Counted from the stretch's first letter, positions 37,439 through 48,412 are shown. The stretch: DNA of 64,000 nucleotides from Candidatus Aenigmatarchaeota archaeon (GCA_041489155.1 JBGPQP010000001.1:25431-89430); one strand, 5' to 3'. Notes: generated by a model from the letters alone, not told the origin. A program made the numbers and translations.

Positions 37439-38470
37439 ATGTTTTCCGTGAAAGAGATGGTGAAGGAGATTTCAAAGGCATCAGGCCTTAGTGAAGATGA
37501 CGTGAAACATAAAATAGAGGACAAACAGCTTGAGCTTTCGGGGCTTGTTTCACCGGAGGGGGCGGCCTACATCGTAGGCAAGGAGCTGGGAGCGAATCTC
37601 CTGGGAGAAACGGTTAACAGAAGGCTCAAAATCAAAAATGTCACCCCTGGCCTGAGATCCGCGGACATAACCGGAAGAATCATAAGAATTTCGAACAGGA
37701 GAGATTTCGAAAAAGACGGGAAGACAAAGGGTGTCGTGAATCTCGACATAGGTGACGAGACAGGGACGATAAAGTTCTCTTTGTGGGACAATGAAATAGA
37801 ATTGCTTAGCAGGCTTGGTGTGGGAGAAGGCGATGCCATCGACATAAGGAACGGGTATGTGAAAGAAACGAACACTGGCAATGTTGAAATACGCCTTGGA
37901 AGAAAGGGCAGATTTAGCAAATCAGAACTTAAAATAGCTGAATTGGACGAGATTAAAAAGAGTTTCGAAGCCGTGAAGGCGAAGAAAATAAGCGAACTGA
38001 GGGAAGCCGAATACGATGAAATCAGGGCCTCACTGGTTCAGATTTTCAGGCGCCATCCGTTCTTCGAGGTATGCCCCAAATGCGAATCACGCATCGAGAA
38101 TGTTGATGGGGTCTGGAAATGCAAGGAGCACGATAGTGTTGAACCAAAATACAATCTGGTGCTCTCGGGCGTGCTTGACGATGGTTCGGGTAACATACGC
38201 GTTGTTTTCTTCCGCGAACTTGCCGAAAAGGTTTTCGGCATGGATGCGAATACGCTTCAAAAAATGGCAAAAGGTAAAGGCGGCGATGAGGAAATATACG
38301 AAAAACTTCAATTGGGGAAGGAGCTCGTAATAAGAGGCAGGGTTAAGAAAAACCAGGTTACAGAGAAGCTGGAACTTGTTGCCAGCGACGTGGAAGAAGT
38401 AGATCCGAAAAGAGAATCTGAAAAACTTGTCAAGGAAATAGAGGGATTAAAGATTAAAAATCTAAGATGA
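37439..38470 (+). CDS. rpa: Replication protein A (OB folds plus Zn ribbon)
   Basis: IGDETGTIKFSLWD; CPKC...CKEH; LDDGSGNIRVVFF. Confidence 0.9.
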   Translation: MFSVKEMVKEISKASGLSEDDVKHKIEDKQLELSGLVSPEGAAYIVGKELGANLLGETVNRRLKIKNVTPGLRSADITGRIIRISNRRDFEKDGKTKGVVNLDIGDETGTIKFSLWDNEIELLSRLGVGEGDAIDIRNGYVKETNTGNVEIRLGRKGRFSKSELKIAELDEIKKSFEAVKAKKISELREAEYDEIRASLVQIFRRHPFFEVCPKCESRIENVDGVWKCKEHDSVEPKYNLVLSGVLDDGSGNIRVVFFRELAEKVFGMDANTLQKMAKGKGGDEEIYEKLQLGKELVIRGRVKKNQVTEKLELVASDVEEVDPKRESEKLVKEIEGLKIKNLR

Positions 38471-38499
38471 AATATAAATTCCCTGAGTGAGGTGTTGGT

Positions 38500-39444
38500 A
38501 TGACAAAGGATGATATTGAGAGTCTGCCAGGTGTGGGCGAAAAAACTCTTGAAAAATTCATAGAAGCTGGTTATGATAACCTGATGGGCATAGCCGCTGC
38601 TTCTGCGGGCGAGCTTGTGGCCGCGACCGGAATAGGCGTGGACACTGCAAATAAGATAATAACTGCCGCGCGGCAAAGGATGAAAATGGGGTTTGAGACA
38701 GCGAAGGACGTTATGAAGAAGCGAGAGAAGGTAGGGAGGATAACCACGTGTTCGAAGTCTCTTGACACGCTTCTTGGTGGCGGCATCGAAACCCAGGCCA
38801 TAACAGAAATGTACGGTGCTTTTGGTTCCGGTAAATCGCAACTTGCGCACCAGCTTTCCGTTTCGGTCCAGCTTCCGAAGGAAAAGGGTGGTTTGGGGGG
38901 AAAGGCGATATTCATAGACACGGAGCAAACCTTCAGGCCGGAAAGGGTGAAGCAGATGGCAGATGGGCTTGGTTTGGATCCGGAGAAAACCATGGAAAAC
39001 ATATTCGTCGCCAGAGCTTACAACTCTGACCACCAGGTCATTCTTTTGGACAGCGCAGAAGATATAATAAAGAAGGAGGGCAGCATAAAACTGATAGTAA
39101 TCGACTCCCTTACATCATCCTTCAGATCAGAATACGCTGGGAGAGGAACGCTCGCGGACCGCCAGCAAAAGCTTAACAGGCACCTCCACCAGCTTCAAAA
39201 ACTTGCAGACGTTTACAATCTGGCAGTTTACGTTACAAACCAAGTGATGTCTAGGCCGGACGTGCTTTTTGGAGACCCGACTGCTCCAATTGGAGGCCAC
39301 ATCGTGGGTCATCAGGCAACGTATAGGGTATACCTGCGAAAGTCGAAAGAAGACAAGAGGATAGCGAAATTGATAGATTCCCCGAACCTCCCGGAAGGTG
39401 AGACCGTGTTCAGAGTGTTGCTCGAAGGAGTGAGAGATATTTAA
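38500..39444 (+). CDS. radA: DNA repair and recombination protein RadA
   Basis: [45 protein letters not shown]. Confidence 0.98.
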   Translation: MTKDDIESLPGVGEKTLEKFIEAGYDNLMGIAAASAGELVAATGIGVDTANKIITAARQRMKMGFETAKDVMKKREKVGRITTCSKSLDTLLGGGIETQAITEMYGAFGSGKSQLAHQLSVSVQLPKEKGGLGGKAIFIDTEQTFRPERVKQMADGLGLDPEKTMENIFVARAYNSDHQVILLDSAEDIIKKEGSIKLIVIDSLTSSFRSEYAGRGTLADRQQKLNRHLHQLQKLADVYNLAVYVTNQVMSRPDVLFGDPTAPIGGHIVGHQATYRVYLRKSKEDKRIAKLIDSPNLPEGETVFRVLLEGVRDI

Positions 39445-39743
39445 AAAGTGAGACTTCGCAGCTTAAGGAACCTCAGAGCCTGCTCTTTTGTCATTTTCGG
39501 ATTCTTCAGCCTCACGAATTTTATCTTGAGACCGACCTCATCGAAACCTTCAGGGATTGAAATTTCGACATACGGAGCCATATAAATGTCCAATGTTCTT
39601 GAAACGGTCCATTTGTGAAGCCCTGTAAGCCTCGAGATTTTTGAAATTGTTAAAATCTCTCCCCCGGCTTCGGCCTCTTTTAGAAGATTGAAGACCTGCA
39701 TAACGTTTTTTAAAGTTTTCTTATAGTAATCCTTCTTTGCCAT
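39441..39743 (-). CDS. HTH-domain protein
   Basis: [21 protein letters not shown] helix-turn-helix. Confidence 0.75.
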   Translation of the reverse strand: MAKKDYYKKTLKNVMQVFNLLKEAEAGGEILTISKISRLTGLHKWTVSRTLDIYMAPYVEISIPEGFDEVGLKIKFVRLKNPKMTKEQALRFLKLRSLTF

Positions 39744-39810
39744 GATATATATTTGACGGGGTCAAAATTTATATCTATTTTCTTCTAGAAAAGGAGGAAA
39801 ATATAAAGAT

Positions 39811-40074
39811 TTACATTATGTCCTTTTCGGATACTATGACGAAGTCCCCCACGGATTTGACCGCAGAGAATGGTACCAGCGTGCGTCCTTTGTCATCTTC
39901 CTGCAGGTTGAGTTCACCAGCATGCTTCGTTGGTTGAACTAGGACCAGATTGATGAGTTCTCCAGATTCAACAATGTAATCAAGATCGCCTACCACTCCG
40001 AATTTCTTTCCGCTTTCCTCCGAAATGAGTATCTTACCTATAAGGTCCCTGCTTCTTACTCTTTCTTCTGACAT
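39811..40074 (-). CDS. PRC-barrel domain protein (CdpB-like)
   Basis: LIGKILISEESGKKFGVVGD...VPFSAVKSVGDFVIV; GGAGG SD. Confidence 0.88.
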   Translation of the reverse strand: MSEERVRSRDLIGKILISEESGKKFGVVGDLDYIVESGELINLVLVQPTKHAGELNLQEDDKGRTLVPFSAVKSVGDFVIVSEKDIM

Positions 40075-40123
40075 AAAAACCCTCCCTCGATAATGATATT
40101 ATTAAAGTGTGATATTTAAAAAT

Positions 40124-41215
40124 TTATGCATGAACCATAAGGGTTCTTATCTTTTCAGATAATACATACTGGTAGCTTTTGCCTCTTTTCTTTCTTATGA
40201 TAGTTGCGTCTTTCACAAGCCTTTTAAGAATGTTGTTTATGGACCGTATCGCATTATCCTTGCTCTTGTAGTCGCCCATGTCCATTTTCTCAACGATTTC
40301 CGTCGGTGTCAGCTCTCCGTATTTCCATAATATTTCGATTATATTCCTTTGTTTTGACGGCAGAGATTTCAGGGAACCGAATGAGGTTCTTCGAGAATGG
40401 CTAATGTGTGTTTCGAATTCTGCATCTCTCATGAAGTTCATGTCAACAGTAGAGATGTTGTCCACAAGTGCCTTGTTCACCAAATCGTTGCACATCCTTA
40501 TAACTTCACGCGGGAAGCCTCCTGTTTTTTCGTATATCATTTCTACTGTTTCCGAAGTGAACGGCTTTATGTCTTCGCCACCAACGTGTTCTATCCTTCT
40601 TTTTATAAGCTCCCTGATTTCTGATTTTGTAAGATTTATGAGTTCAACCTTTGTGTTGGCCCTTCTCATGAATGTTTCAAGTCTGTCTCTCAGAATAGGT
40701 TCTAGTGTAGGCAGACCTGCAATTACAACAGATAGATTGTCTATCTGGTCGGTAAGAGTTCTAAGCCACTCTAGCGTTTCCGTGCTTGCCTCATGGCCTT
40801 CATCCACGAGAAGAACGGCTTTTTTATTCTTCATTTTTTCGTTCACCCATTCACTGAGATTGTAAATGTTTATGTTTTTGCTGCGTGAAAATAATCTTTC
40901 GAGTGTTCCTACGTGTATGAAGTTGGTGAAAATCTTCACCCAGTCGTCTGGATTGCTCGGTGGTTTCGAAAGGTAAAATATTTTTCTGTGTTTTTCGAAC
41001 CTATTCGTCAAAAACTTCAAGAGCGTTGTTTTTCCTGATCCCGTTGGGCCTATTAATATTGACAATTTGTCATTGTTTTGTATACTGGTTGACAATTTTT
41101 CTGTCTCTCTGCTATATCCTACGATTAAATCCGGAAGTATCTTGAAACTGAAGGGGTTTTCTCTCCAGCTAAATACCTTCATATATTTTTCATCTAACTT
41201 CATTTCCAAATTCAT
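40124..41215 (-). CDS. ExeA-like AAA+ ATPase with C-terminal winged helix
   Basis: ENPFS; GPTGSGKTT; LLVDEGH; TGGFPREV; C-terminal wHTH. Confidence 0.85.
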   Translation of the reverse strand: MNLEMKLDEKYMKVFSWRENPFSFKILPDLIVGYSRETEKLSTSIQNNDKLSILIGPTGSGKTTLLKFLTNRFEKHRKIFYLSKPPSNPDDWVKIFTNFIHVGTLERLFSRSKNINIYNLSEWVNEKMKNKKAVLLVDEGHEASTETLEWLRTLTDQIDNLSVVIAGLPTLEPILRDRLETFMRRANTKVELINLTKSEIRELIKRRIEHVGGEDIKPFTSETVEMIYEKTGGFPREVIRMCNDLVNKALVDNISTVDMNFMRDAEFETHISHSRRTSFGSLKSLPSKQRNIIEILWKYGELTPTEIVEKMDMGDYKSKDNAIRSINNILKRLVKDATIIRKKRGKSYQYVLSEKIRTLMVHA

Positions 41216-41337
41216 AATTTCATATAATTAGGAAAGCTATTTAAATGCTTTTCGTGAAGTTGTGTGAACTTTGACTGAAAAAGGTCTATGTTTATACGTG
41301 ATGAAAACAATTTATATAAGTTCTCCAAATTCATTTC

Positions 41338-41892
41338 ATGAGGTGCTTCATAGCTATAGACGTCGATGAAAAACTTTTTGATAAGATTACAGAACTGCAG
41401 AAAGGAATTAATAAACTGAATGTTGACGTGAAGCTTGTTGAACCTGAAAATCTTCATTTCACGGTTAAATTTCTGGGGGACATGAATGAAGATGAAGTGA
41501 ATGAAATTAAGAATTCGCTTGGCGAATGTCTTAAAAATGAACATGAATTTAAAATCAACATTACAGGCTTTAATTATTTTGGAAACCCGAGCTACATTAG
41601 AACTCTGTGGTTGGATGTGAAAGAAGGCCAAAATGAGCTTAAAAAACTGGTTCAAATGGTTAACGATTGTGTTAAAATAGGCAAACTTGAAGTTTTGCCT
41701 CATCTGACACTTGGAAGAGTGAAAAGTCCCATAAATAAAGATTATTTGATCAAGTTCATAAACGAGAATAAAAACGTGAAGATTGGTGAAATGAACGTGA
41801 ACTACGTGAAATTAAAAGCGAGTACGCTTACGAAAAACGGTCCAGTATACAATAATTTGGCTGTTTTCAACTTGGTGCCTTGTTATGAATGA
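41338..41892 (+). CDS. thpR: RNA 2',3'-cyclic phosphodiesterase (2H family, LigT/ThpR)
   Basis: MRCFIAID; NLHFTVKFLG; PHLTLGR; GPVY. Confidence 0.93.
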   Translation: MRCFIAIDVDEKLFDKITELQKGINKLNVDVKLVEPENLHFTVKFLGDMNEDEVNEIKNSLGECLKNEHEFKINITGFNYFGNPSYIRTLWLDVKEGQNELKKLVQMVNDCVKIGKLEVLPHLTLGRVKSPINKDYLIKFINENKNVKIGEMNVNYVKLKASTLTKNGPVYNNLAVFNLVPCYE

Positions 41893-42268
41893 GAAAAAAC
41901 TAACGAAGATAAGTGCTGTTGGTGTGTGCATAAGCATAATAGCTCTGTATATTGTAACAAATCAAATCTTTTCAGTAAATGTGAATATTGGTGAAATTGA
42001 CAAGTCATTCATCGGAAAGAGCGTTAATATAACAGGTACGGTGGTTGGCATAACAAAAAACAAGGGTAATTTTTTCGTGGACCTTGAAGATGACACGGGC
42101 AAAATAAAATTGATATTGTGGGAGGATACTGCTGAATTGTTGCAATCAAACGGCATTGAAATCAACGAACTGAACAAAGGTAACATTATTAACGTTGTGG
42201 GTGAGGTTCAGGTATACAGGGGCGAATTAGAAATTATACCTATAAGAGGAAATTTGAATTTTTTGTGA
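41885..42268 (+). CDS. Membrane-anchored OB-fold protein
   Basis: N-terminal TM helix; LEDDTGKIKLILW; GEVQVYRGELEI. Confidence 0.8.
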   Translation: MNEKKLTKISAVGVCISIIALYIVTNQIFSVNVNIGEIDKSFIGKSVNITGTVVGITKNKGNFFVDLEDDTGKIKLILWEDTAELLQSNGIEINELNKGNIINVVGEVQVYRGELEIIPIRGNLNFL

Positions 42269-42269
42269 A

Positions 42270-43307
42270 CTAGAAACGTTCATGCGCAGTTTTGATAAGT
42301 TCTGTCACGAGTTTAATTATATCCTTCACATCATTCATATCCGAAACTTCTGTTGGTGTGTGAAGATAACGTGAAGGTGCCAATATCGCTAGTGAGGGTA
42401 TACCTTCTCTTATCATCGGTGTCATTGAAGCGTCAGTTGCACCTCCTGAAACAATGTCGAATTGTATCTTCATGTTGTTCTTTTTTGCAGTATCAACTAC
42501 CCATTGTTTAACCTCATTTTGTATAATACTTATTGCATCTTTTATCATAAGAACCGGTCCTTCTCCAAGTTTTGCAGTGGCCTCATATGGTTTGATTTCA
42601 GGTGTATCGCCGGCTGTTGTTACATCAAGGGATATCACTATGTCAGGGTTTGTTGCAAATACAGAGCCCCTTATGCCTATAAGCCCTATTTCTTCTTTCA
42701 CTGTTCCAACTGCATAAACTGTCCCTTTGAATTTAGTTTTCTTTAAATTTTTCATGACTTCTATTAATTCCAAGCATCCTATGCGATCATCGAATCCATA
42801 TCCCGTTATTCTAGAACCACAAAGTTTGTCGAACTCGCCATAATTTGTTATGAAATCTCCTGTCCTGATACCCATTTTTTCAACTTCTTTTTTGTTCTTT
42901 GCCCCCACATCTATGAACATTTCTGCTAACTTCACGGGCTTGTTCACGTCTTCTTTGTCTTGGAGGTGAATTGGTTTTGAACCAATAACTCCTATGACGG
43001 GTCCCTTGGAGCTATGTATCTTGAATTTTTGCGAAAGAAGGATTTTGGGATCCCATCCTCCTATGGTTTCAAATCTTATGAAACCCTCATCGTCTATATA
43101 TTTCACCATTAAACCTACTTCATCCATGTGGGCACTGAGCATTATTTTAGGAGAACCAGATCCTTTTCTGCATATCAAGTTACCTATTTTGTCAACTTTA
43201 AGTTCTTCAACATATGGTTTCAGTTCTTTAATCAGCACATCTCTTACGTTTTTTTCATCGCCGGAAATTGAAGGAGAATCTACAAGTTTTTTCAATGTTT
43301 CTTCCAT
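42270..43307 (-). CDS. M42-family aminopeptidase
   Basis: AHMDEVG; FDDRIG; KEEIG; GATDA; RYLHTP. Confidence 0.93.
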   Translation of the reverse strand: MEETLKKLVDSPSISGDEKNVRDVLIKELKPYVEELKVDKIGNLICRKGSGSPKIMLSAHMDEVGLMVKYIDDEGFIRFETIGGWDPKILLSQKFKIHSSKGPVIGVIGSKPIHLQDKEDVNKPVKLAEMFIDVGAKNKKEVEKMGIRTGDFITNYGEFDKLCGSRITGYGFDDRIGCLELIEVMKNLKKTKFKGTVYAVGTVKEEIGLIGIRGSVFATNPDIVISLDVTTAGDTPEIKPYEATAKLGEGPVLMIKDAISIIQNEVKQWVVDTAKKNNMKIQFDIVSGGATDASMTPMIREGIPSLAILAPSRYLHTPTEVSDMNDVKDIIKLVTELIKTAHERF

Positions 43308-43367
43308 ACGGACACCACCTACCTACTATCGACTAGATATAAAATATTGGTTTTCCGGTCTATAAAT

Positions 43368-44654
43368 TCATTCTATATCTTCTTTTGACAGGATGTTAAC
43401 TGGAGATTTTAAGTTTTCCTTTTCCATTCCAACCAAGAACTTCACGGATTTCCTTCTGGCTATCATGTCAAGTTTGTAGTCAACCCTGCCGTCGAATATG
43501 ACTGCGTACGGGTTGTCAAGCGTTTTCAGCGTATTCTGTAATTCTTTGGTTGGAACCTTACCCAGAATGTTGAAAAAAGAATCGAAAATGCATGCGGCTC
43601 TGGTTCCTATAAGTTCGTCAAGTGTTTTCTTGAATATCTTTTTCTGTTCATCGGTTATCGTTGTTCTCTTGGGAAGAGGTTGCTGCTGTTTAAAATCCTT
43701 ATCTCTCTGGACGAATTCGTTCATTGGTCTTTCTGTCGATGGCGGCCTCTCAAAGGGTTTCTCAATTGGTCTTTCAATGGGCCTTTCTATGGGTCTTTCT
43801 CTTCTTTCATTGTTGTTCTGCCTATCGATCTTGCCTTCGAGTTTAAATTGTGATGCCGATATCTTGTCCCTCAATGCCTTGAAAACCTCTTTTTTGGTGA
43901 GCTCTTCTACCTCTTTGCCTTCTGGAGCAATGGCAACAAAATCAAGGTCTGTCGTTTCCATCAGGCTTTTCAAGTTCAAAAAGCCGCCCCTGTCACCATC
44001 AAAAAATGCAGTGGTTGTTTTTTGTTTTGAAAGGTTGATTATTGTTTGTGGTATCGAGCTGCCTTCTATGGCTATTACGTTCTTGATTCCGTATCTAATC
44101 ATATTTATTACGTCTGCCCTTCCTTCAACTATTATTATTTCTTCCGACTCTAGAACACCTGGGCCGCAAGGCAAACCCTGATAGCTGGTTATTTCATAGG
44201 TCTTTATCTCCTGTCTTATCTCTTCCGCTATCTTGGTTGTGTCCGGTATGCCTTTCTCAAGAAGTTCTCTCAATATCGATTTTGCCTTTTCTATGACGAA
44301 TTTTCTCTTTAATTCCCTAGTGTCCTCGACTGATTTCAGTATTATCTTTGCGATGCAGGGTCCGACCCTCTCTATAGTTTCCAAAGTAGCGGCTATTAGA
44401 GCAGTTTCTGCTGAGTCGAGAGAAGACGGAATTATGACCTCTCCGTGAGATTTACCTCTTTCGGAATTTATGTTAACCTCGATTCTTCCAATTCTTCCAG
44501 TTCTTTGCAGTTCCCTGAGATCGAGATCAGAACCAAGCAGCCCTTCTGTTTGTCCGAATATTGCTCCTATAACATCAGGTTTTTCTATTACTCCCTGAGC
44601 GTCTATTTCTGCCCTTACAACGTATTTTATCGACGTTGGCGCGAGTTTTGACAT
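43368..44654 (-). CDS. dnaG: Archaeal DnaG (TOPRIM)
   Basis: KPDVIGAIFGQTEGLLG; VEGRADV; FFDGDRGG. Confidence 0.96.
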   Translation of the reverse strand: MSKLAPTSIKYVVRAEIDAQGVIEKPDVIGAIFGQTEGLLGSDLDLRELQRTGRIGRIEVNINSERGKSHGEVIIPSSLDSAETALIAATLETIERVGPCIAKIILKSVEDTRELKRKFVIEKAKSILRELLEKGIPDTTKIAEEIRQEIKTYEITSYQGLPCGPGVLESEEIIIVEGRADVINMIRYGIKNVIAIEGSSIPQTIINLSKQKTTTAFFDGDRGGFLNLKSLMETTDLDFVAIAPEGKEVEELTKKEVFKALRDKISASQFKLEGKIDRQNNNERRERPIERPIERPIEKPFERPPSTERPMNEFVQRDKDFKQQQPLPKRTTITDEQKKIFKKTLDELIGTRAACIFDSFFNILGKVPTKELQNTLKTLDNPYAVIFDGRVDYKLDMIARRKSVKFLVGMEKENLKSPVNILSKEDIE

Positions 44655-45033
44655 GAACATCCTCCTCCAATGAAAGAGAATCCGGGCTATTCAGAGCTCC
44701 GAAATCCTCAATTTTATTTTTTCCCAAAGTCATTACCTTCCACCTTAATTCCGAATTTGGACTTTTTCCTTGCCTTTGAAGCAGGTATTTCAATTTTTTT
44801 GCAATCTCCCTGCCTTTTGTGTCGAAATCGGTCAGTATGACTACCTGTTTTTTCGCACTTAATGCGACCTCGGCCACCTCATAAAGCGGCCTGCCGTTGA
44901 TCGCAATAATATCTTTCAGGCCGAGGGTTTTTAAAGCTTTTTTGTCCATTTTCCCCTCGACTATGATCAGTTTGTCCTCCAAGCCCCTTATAACCTCATC
45001 GAGTTGCTCTTCATCGATTTGTTTGTTTTTCAT
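44575..45033 (-). CDS. Small TOPRIM-domain protein
   Basis: IIVEGKMD; ILTDFDTKG; 3' end overlaps the dnaG start. Confidence 0.85.
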   Translation of the reverse strand: MKNKQIDEEQLDEVIRGLEDKLIIVEGKMDKKALKTLGLKDIIAINGRPLYEVAEVALSAKKQVVILTDFDTKGREIAKKLKYLLQRQGKSPNSELRWKVMTLGKNKIEDFGALNSPDSLSLEEDVHVKTRANVDKIRCKGRNRRSGSNRKT

Positions 45034-45860
45034 ATCAATGCGTCCACTATGTCTCTTTTAGTTACAATGCCAATAAGCTCTTCTTCATCAGTGACTGGCA
45101 AGCCACCTATATGCATGCTTTTCATGAGGTTTATTACTGAAAACAAGTCAGCATTGAACTGGATTGTGACCAGATCCTTGTTCATAATTTTTTCTATCTT
45201 CGTCTTATCCGTGACTAGAGTATTCAAACTCTTGTTTTTATATAAATGCTTCAGTATATCGATCGGTGTCACAACACCAAGCAGTATGTTGTCTTCCACG
45301 ACTGGCAGCCTCCTAAAACCACCCCTGCACATCATTTTTGCGACATCGTGTATATTGTTGTCTTTCCGTATGAATATTGGCCTTTCCACCATTATTTCGC
45401 TTACCTCTATGCCCACTGGTCTGTTTATTAGTTTGACTAAATCCAATTCGGAGACCACCGATATTATCTTTTTGGAATCAACTATTGGATAAAGACCACT
45501 TCTTTCCATCTTGAAAATTTCAAGCGCTCTGCCTATACTGGTCATGTAATGTATGGTTCTAACGTGTGTTGTCATGAATTTTTCGACTTTAAGTTCTATG
45601 TTTTCCCTGTTTCTCTTGAAAATCTCGTGTTTTTCGCCGCCACCGAGCAATTCCAACAGATCAATTGTTGTAACCATGCCCTTCAGAGATTCCGAATGAT
45701 CGACTACTGGTATTTTTCTTACCCCTTCCGAGAACATGAGCCTCAAAACATCCAAAAGTTTTGTTTTTTCATCAGAAAACACCAATCTTCTTGATGATAT
45801 CTCTGTTACTGTCTTTTTTGTGTCCACAAAGGCTCCGAGAACAACTTTTCTGTTAAGCAT
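45030..45860 (-). CDS. Four-CBS-domain protein
   Basis: RKIPVVD; FRRLPVV; GGLPV...GIVTKRDI; likely ATG at 45860. Confidence 0.9.
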   Translation of the reverse strand: MLNRKVVLGAFVDTKKTVTEISSRRLVFSDEKTKLLDVLRLMFSEGVRKIPVVDHSESLKGMVTTIDLLELLGGGEKHEIFKRNRENIELKVEKFMTTHVRTIHYMTSIGRALEIFKMERSGLYPIVDSKKIISVVSELDLVKLINRPVGIEVSEIMVERPIFIRKDNNIHDVAKMMCRGGFRRLPVVEDNILLGVVTPIDILKHLYKNKSLNTLVTDKTKIEKIMNKDLVTIQFNADLFSVINLMKSMHIGGLPVTDEEELIGIVTKRDIVDALI

Positions 45861-45909
45861 AACAATCCATGAACATTTTATTTTAATTGGAATGAAATAA
45901 AAAATTATC

Positions 45910-47010
45910 ATGCCGAATTTTAAAGGAGCGCTGAAAACAAAGCTACCAAAAAAATTAGAGGACAGGGTATCTCTGCTGTTTATAATCATTACGCTGCTTT
46001 TGGCTTTTTTTCTTACGTTTTCCATTTCATTTATAGTAGGTAAACCGATTGGCACAGATTTCTGGTTTCACCTTAAAATAGCAGAATCTTACGCGAGAGG
46101 CGAGAACGCGCTCTTCAATGAAGAATTCATGGCCCCCAACAGAGGTCCATATCCACCGCTTTTTCACCTGATGCTGGCATTGTTTGTTACTTCGGGTTTT
46201 ATTTTGCAGATAGCAACTTTTCTGCAGGTAATGTTTTATCCTTTGGCTTTGTTCACATCTGTTTTTCTGGTTTGGAAAAGGATTAATGCGTCTTCAGCGT
46301 CTTTTGTTTCTATTGCCCTCTTTTCATCGGTCGCCTTCTTTGACAGATCTATGCAAGTAATTCCTCAGGCCTTCGACATGATACTCTTTCCGCTTGCAAT
46401 TTATTTTTTTCTCACAAAGAGACGGATATTCTTCCTGATTTCTATGTCGATAATGATATATTCACACGGTGCGTTTGGTTTTCTCCTATTTAGTTCTCTC
46501 GTCTTATACAATTTAAAATACAAAGTTTCAAAGAAAATGATAATAGATGTTCTTGTTGCAACTATTCCAATACTGGTATTAATACTTGTTTTTCTTCCAT
46601 CACAAATCGGTTTGATCAATGACATAAAAAATCCGCAGGAAAAACTTATCAAGGAAAATCCAATATCTTTATTTGTTTATATGGGTATTTTTCCCACATC
46701 AACATTCATAGTTTCATTGATGCATTTTTTTCATAAAAAGAGGAAATTAAGTAAAACGGAAATAATGTCACTTTTGTGGTTAATAGTATTACTGCCGGTG
46801 ATAGTTTTTTACCCAGACAGATTTTGTACCTATGCAGTCGTTCCCGTGTCAATCTTGGCTTCAAAATTTTTGTCAGATATTTCTTTTGCTCATGGTAGAT
46901 GGTTGGGTCTCTTATTACTCGTATTTTCATTTGCAATATCATTGATTACATATTTGAACTGGTGGCAGGTTTTATATGAAACTTCTTCTGTGAGTTTTGA
47001 TATTCATTAA
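45910..47010 (+). CDS. Polytopic membrane protein, probable GT-C glycosyltransferase
   Basis: GTDFWFH and YPPLFH in the first loop; about 10 TM helices; YPDRF. Confidence 0.65.
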   Translation: MPNFKGALKTKLPKKLEDRVSLLFIIITLLLAFFLTFSISFIVGKPIGTDFWFHLKIAESYARGENALFNEEFMAPNRGPYPPLFHLMLALFVTSGFILQIATFLQVMFYPLALFTSVFLVWKRINASSASFVSIALFSSVAFFDRSMQVIPQAFDMILFPLAIYFFLTKRRIFFLISMSIMIYSHGAFGFLLFSSLVLYNLKYKVSKKMIIDVLVATIPILVLILVFLPSQIGLINDIKNPQEKLIKENPISLFVYMGIFPTSTFIVSLMHFFHKKRKLSKTEIMSLLWLIVLLPVIVFYPDRFCTYAVVPVSILASKFLSDISFAHGRWLGLLLLVFSFAISLITYLNWWQVLYETSSVSFDIH

Positions 47011-47032
47011 TAAGAATGGATAAATTATAACT

Positions 47033-48412
47033 ATGAAAAATGTACTTGAAAAGGTTCTTAAAAAAATAGTGCCAAGCAAGAATGAGATAGAAGAATTTTC
47101 TAGAATACTGAAAGACGTTCTGCATGCCGCCGACATGGTTTTGAAGCCTCTGAAGCTTGAAAAAACAATCGCCGGTTCATTCATACGTGATACGTGGCTT
47201 GCTGACAAGCGTGAGCTGGATCTTTTCATAATGTTTCCTGTTTCATATTCGCGCGAAAGACTTGAGAAGGTTGGCATAAAGATTGGCAAAAAAATCATGA
47301 AAAAACTAAATGGCAGATACGAGATAGCCTATGCTGAACATCCGTATGTTAAGGGGTGGTTCAGAGGCTTCATGTTAGATATAGTTCCATGTTATAAAGT
47401 CGAATCAGCTTCAAAAATAAAATCTGCTGTCGATAGAACGCCTTTCCATAACAAATACATTATTGAAAATCTGAAACCGAAAATGGCAAACGAGGTCCGT
47501 CTTCTTAAACAATTCTGCAAGGCGATGGGGGTTTATGGCTCTGACGTAAGAACCCAGGGATTTTCGGGTTACCTATGCGAACTGCTGATAATAAAATACA
47601 AAACTTTCAAAAATTTGTTGATTGAAGCTAAAAAATGGGAATTCGGCATTTTTATAGATTTGGAGAACCACTGCAAATTCGACTATCCTACCGAACAATT
47701 TAAAGGCCAGCCATTGATTGTTATAGACCCAACAGACCCAAAAAGAAATGTTGCTGCTGCCCTCTCAGACGATAATTTCATGAAATTCATTGAAACCTCT
47801 GGGGAGTTTATTAAAAACCCATCTACAAAGTTTTTCGAAATAGACAAGACTGCACTTAAAGGAATTCTGTTAAAAAAATATTTGAAAAAAAGAGGTACGG
47901 AGTTTTTTGTGATAGAGTTCAAAAGACCGGAAATTGTTGATGATATATTATGGTCCCAGATGAGGAAAACTTCAGTTAGAATGGCCAATCTTTTGGGAGA
48001 AAACGAATTCGAAATTTTCAAAAAAGAGGTATGGAGTGATGAAAAACGTTCTTATCTATTATTCGAGATGAAGGTGTGGAAACTGCCAGAAATAAGAAAG
48101 GTTATGGGGCCACCCGTCGGTTCGCAGAAACACGCAGATGAATTTAAAAAGAAATATGCAAGTAGTGCTTACATAGAAGGAGATAGATGGGCAGCCGAAG
48201 TTAAGAGAAAAAACAGGGACTGCGCTTTACTTTTTAAAAAATTCCTAAAAAAACCTAGTAAAAAATTGCAGAACGAAGGGGTAAGATCTTATATTGCAAA
48301 GAGCATTTCTAACGGTTTTAAAATTCTTGGAAGCAAAAAAATTGAAGAGTTGATTGCAAAAAATAAAGATTTTGCTGTTTTTCTCAAAAAATATTTTGAG
48401 AGGAAATTATGA
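47033..48412 (+). CDS. cca: CCA-adding enzyme (archaeal class I)
   Basis: GSFIRDTWL; ELDLF; YAEHPY; SAVDRTPFH; GFSGYLCELL. Confidence 0.96.
   Translation: MKNVLEKVLKKIVPSKNEIEEFSRILKDVLHAADMVLKPLKLEKTIAGSFIRDTWLADKRELDLFIMFPVSYSRERLEKVGIKIGKKIMKKLNGRYEIAYAEHPYVKGWFRGFMLDIVPCYKVESASKIKSAVDRTPFHNKYIIENLKPKMANEVRLLKQFCKAMGVYGSDVRTQGFSGYLCELLIIKYKTFKNLLIEAKKWEFGIFIDLENHCKFDYPTEQFKGQPLIVIDPTDPKRNVAAALSDDNFMKFIETSGEFIKNPSTKFFEIDKTALKGILLKKYLKKRGTEFFVIEFKRPEIVDDILWSQMRKTSVRMANLLGENEFEIFKKEVWSDEKRSYLLFEMKVWKLPEIRKVMGPPVGSQKHADEFKKKYASSAYIEGDRWAAEVKRKNRDCALLFKKFLKKPSKKLQNEGVRSYIAKSISNGFKILGSKKIEELIAKNKDFAVFLKKYFERKL

Noticed and set aside
45861..46055. N-terminal extension of the CBS ORF to 46055
   Set aside because: Overlaps the divergent membrane gene; ATG at 45860 is the likelier start.
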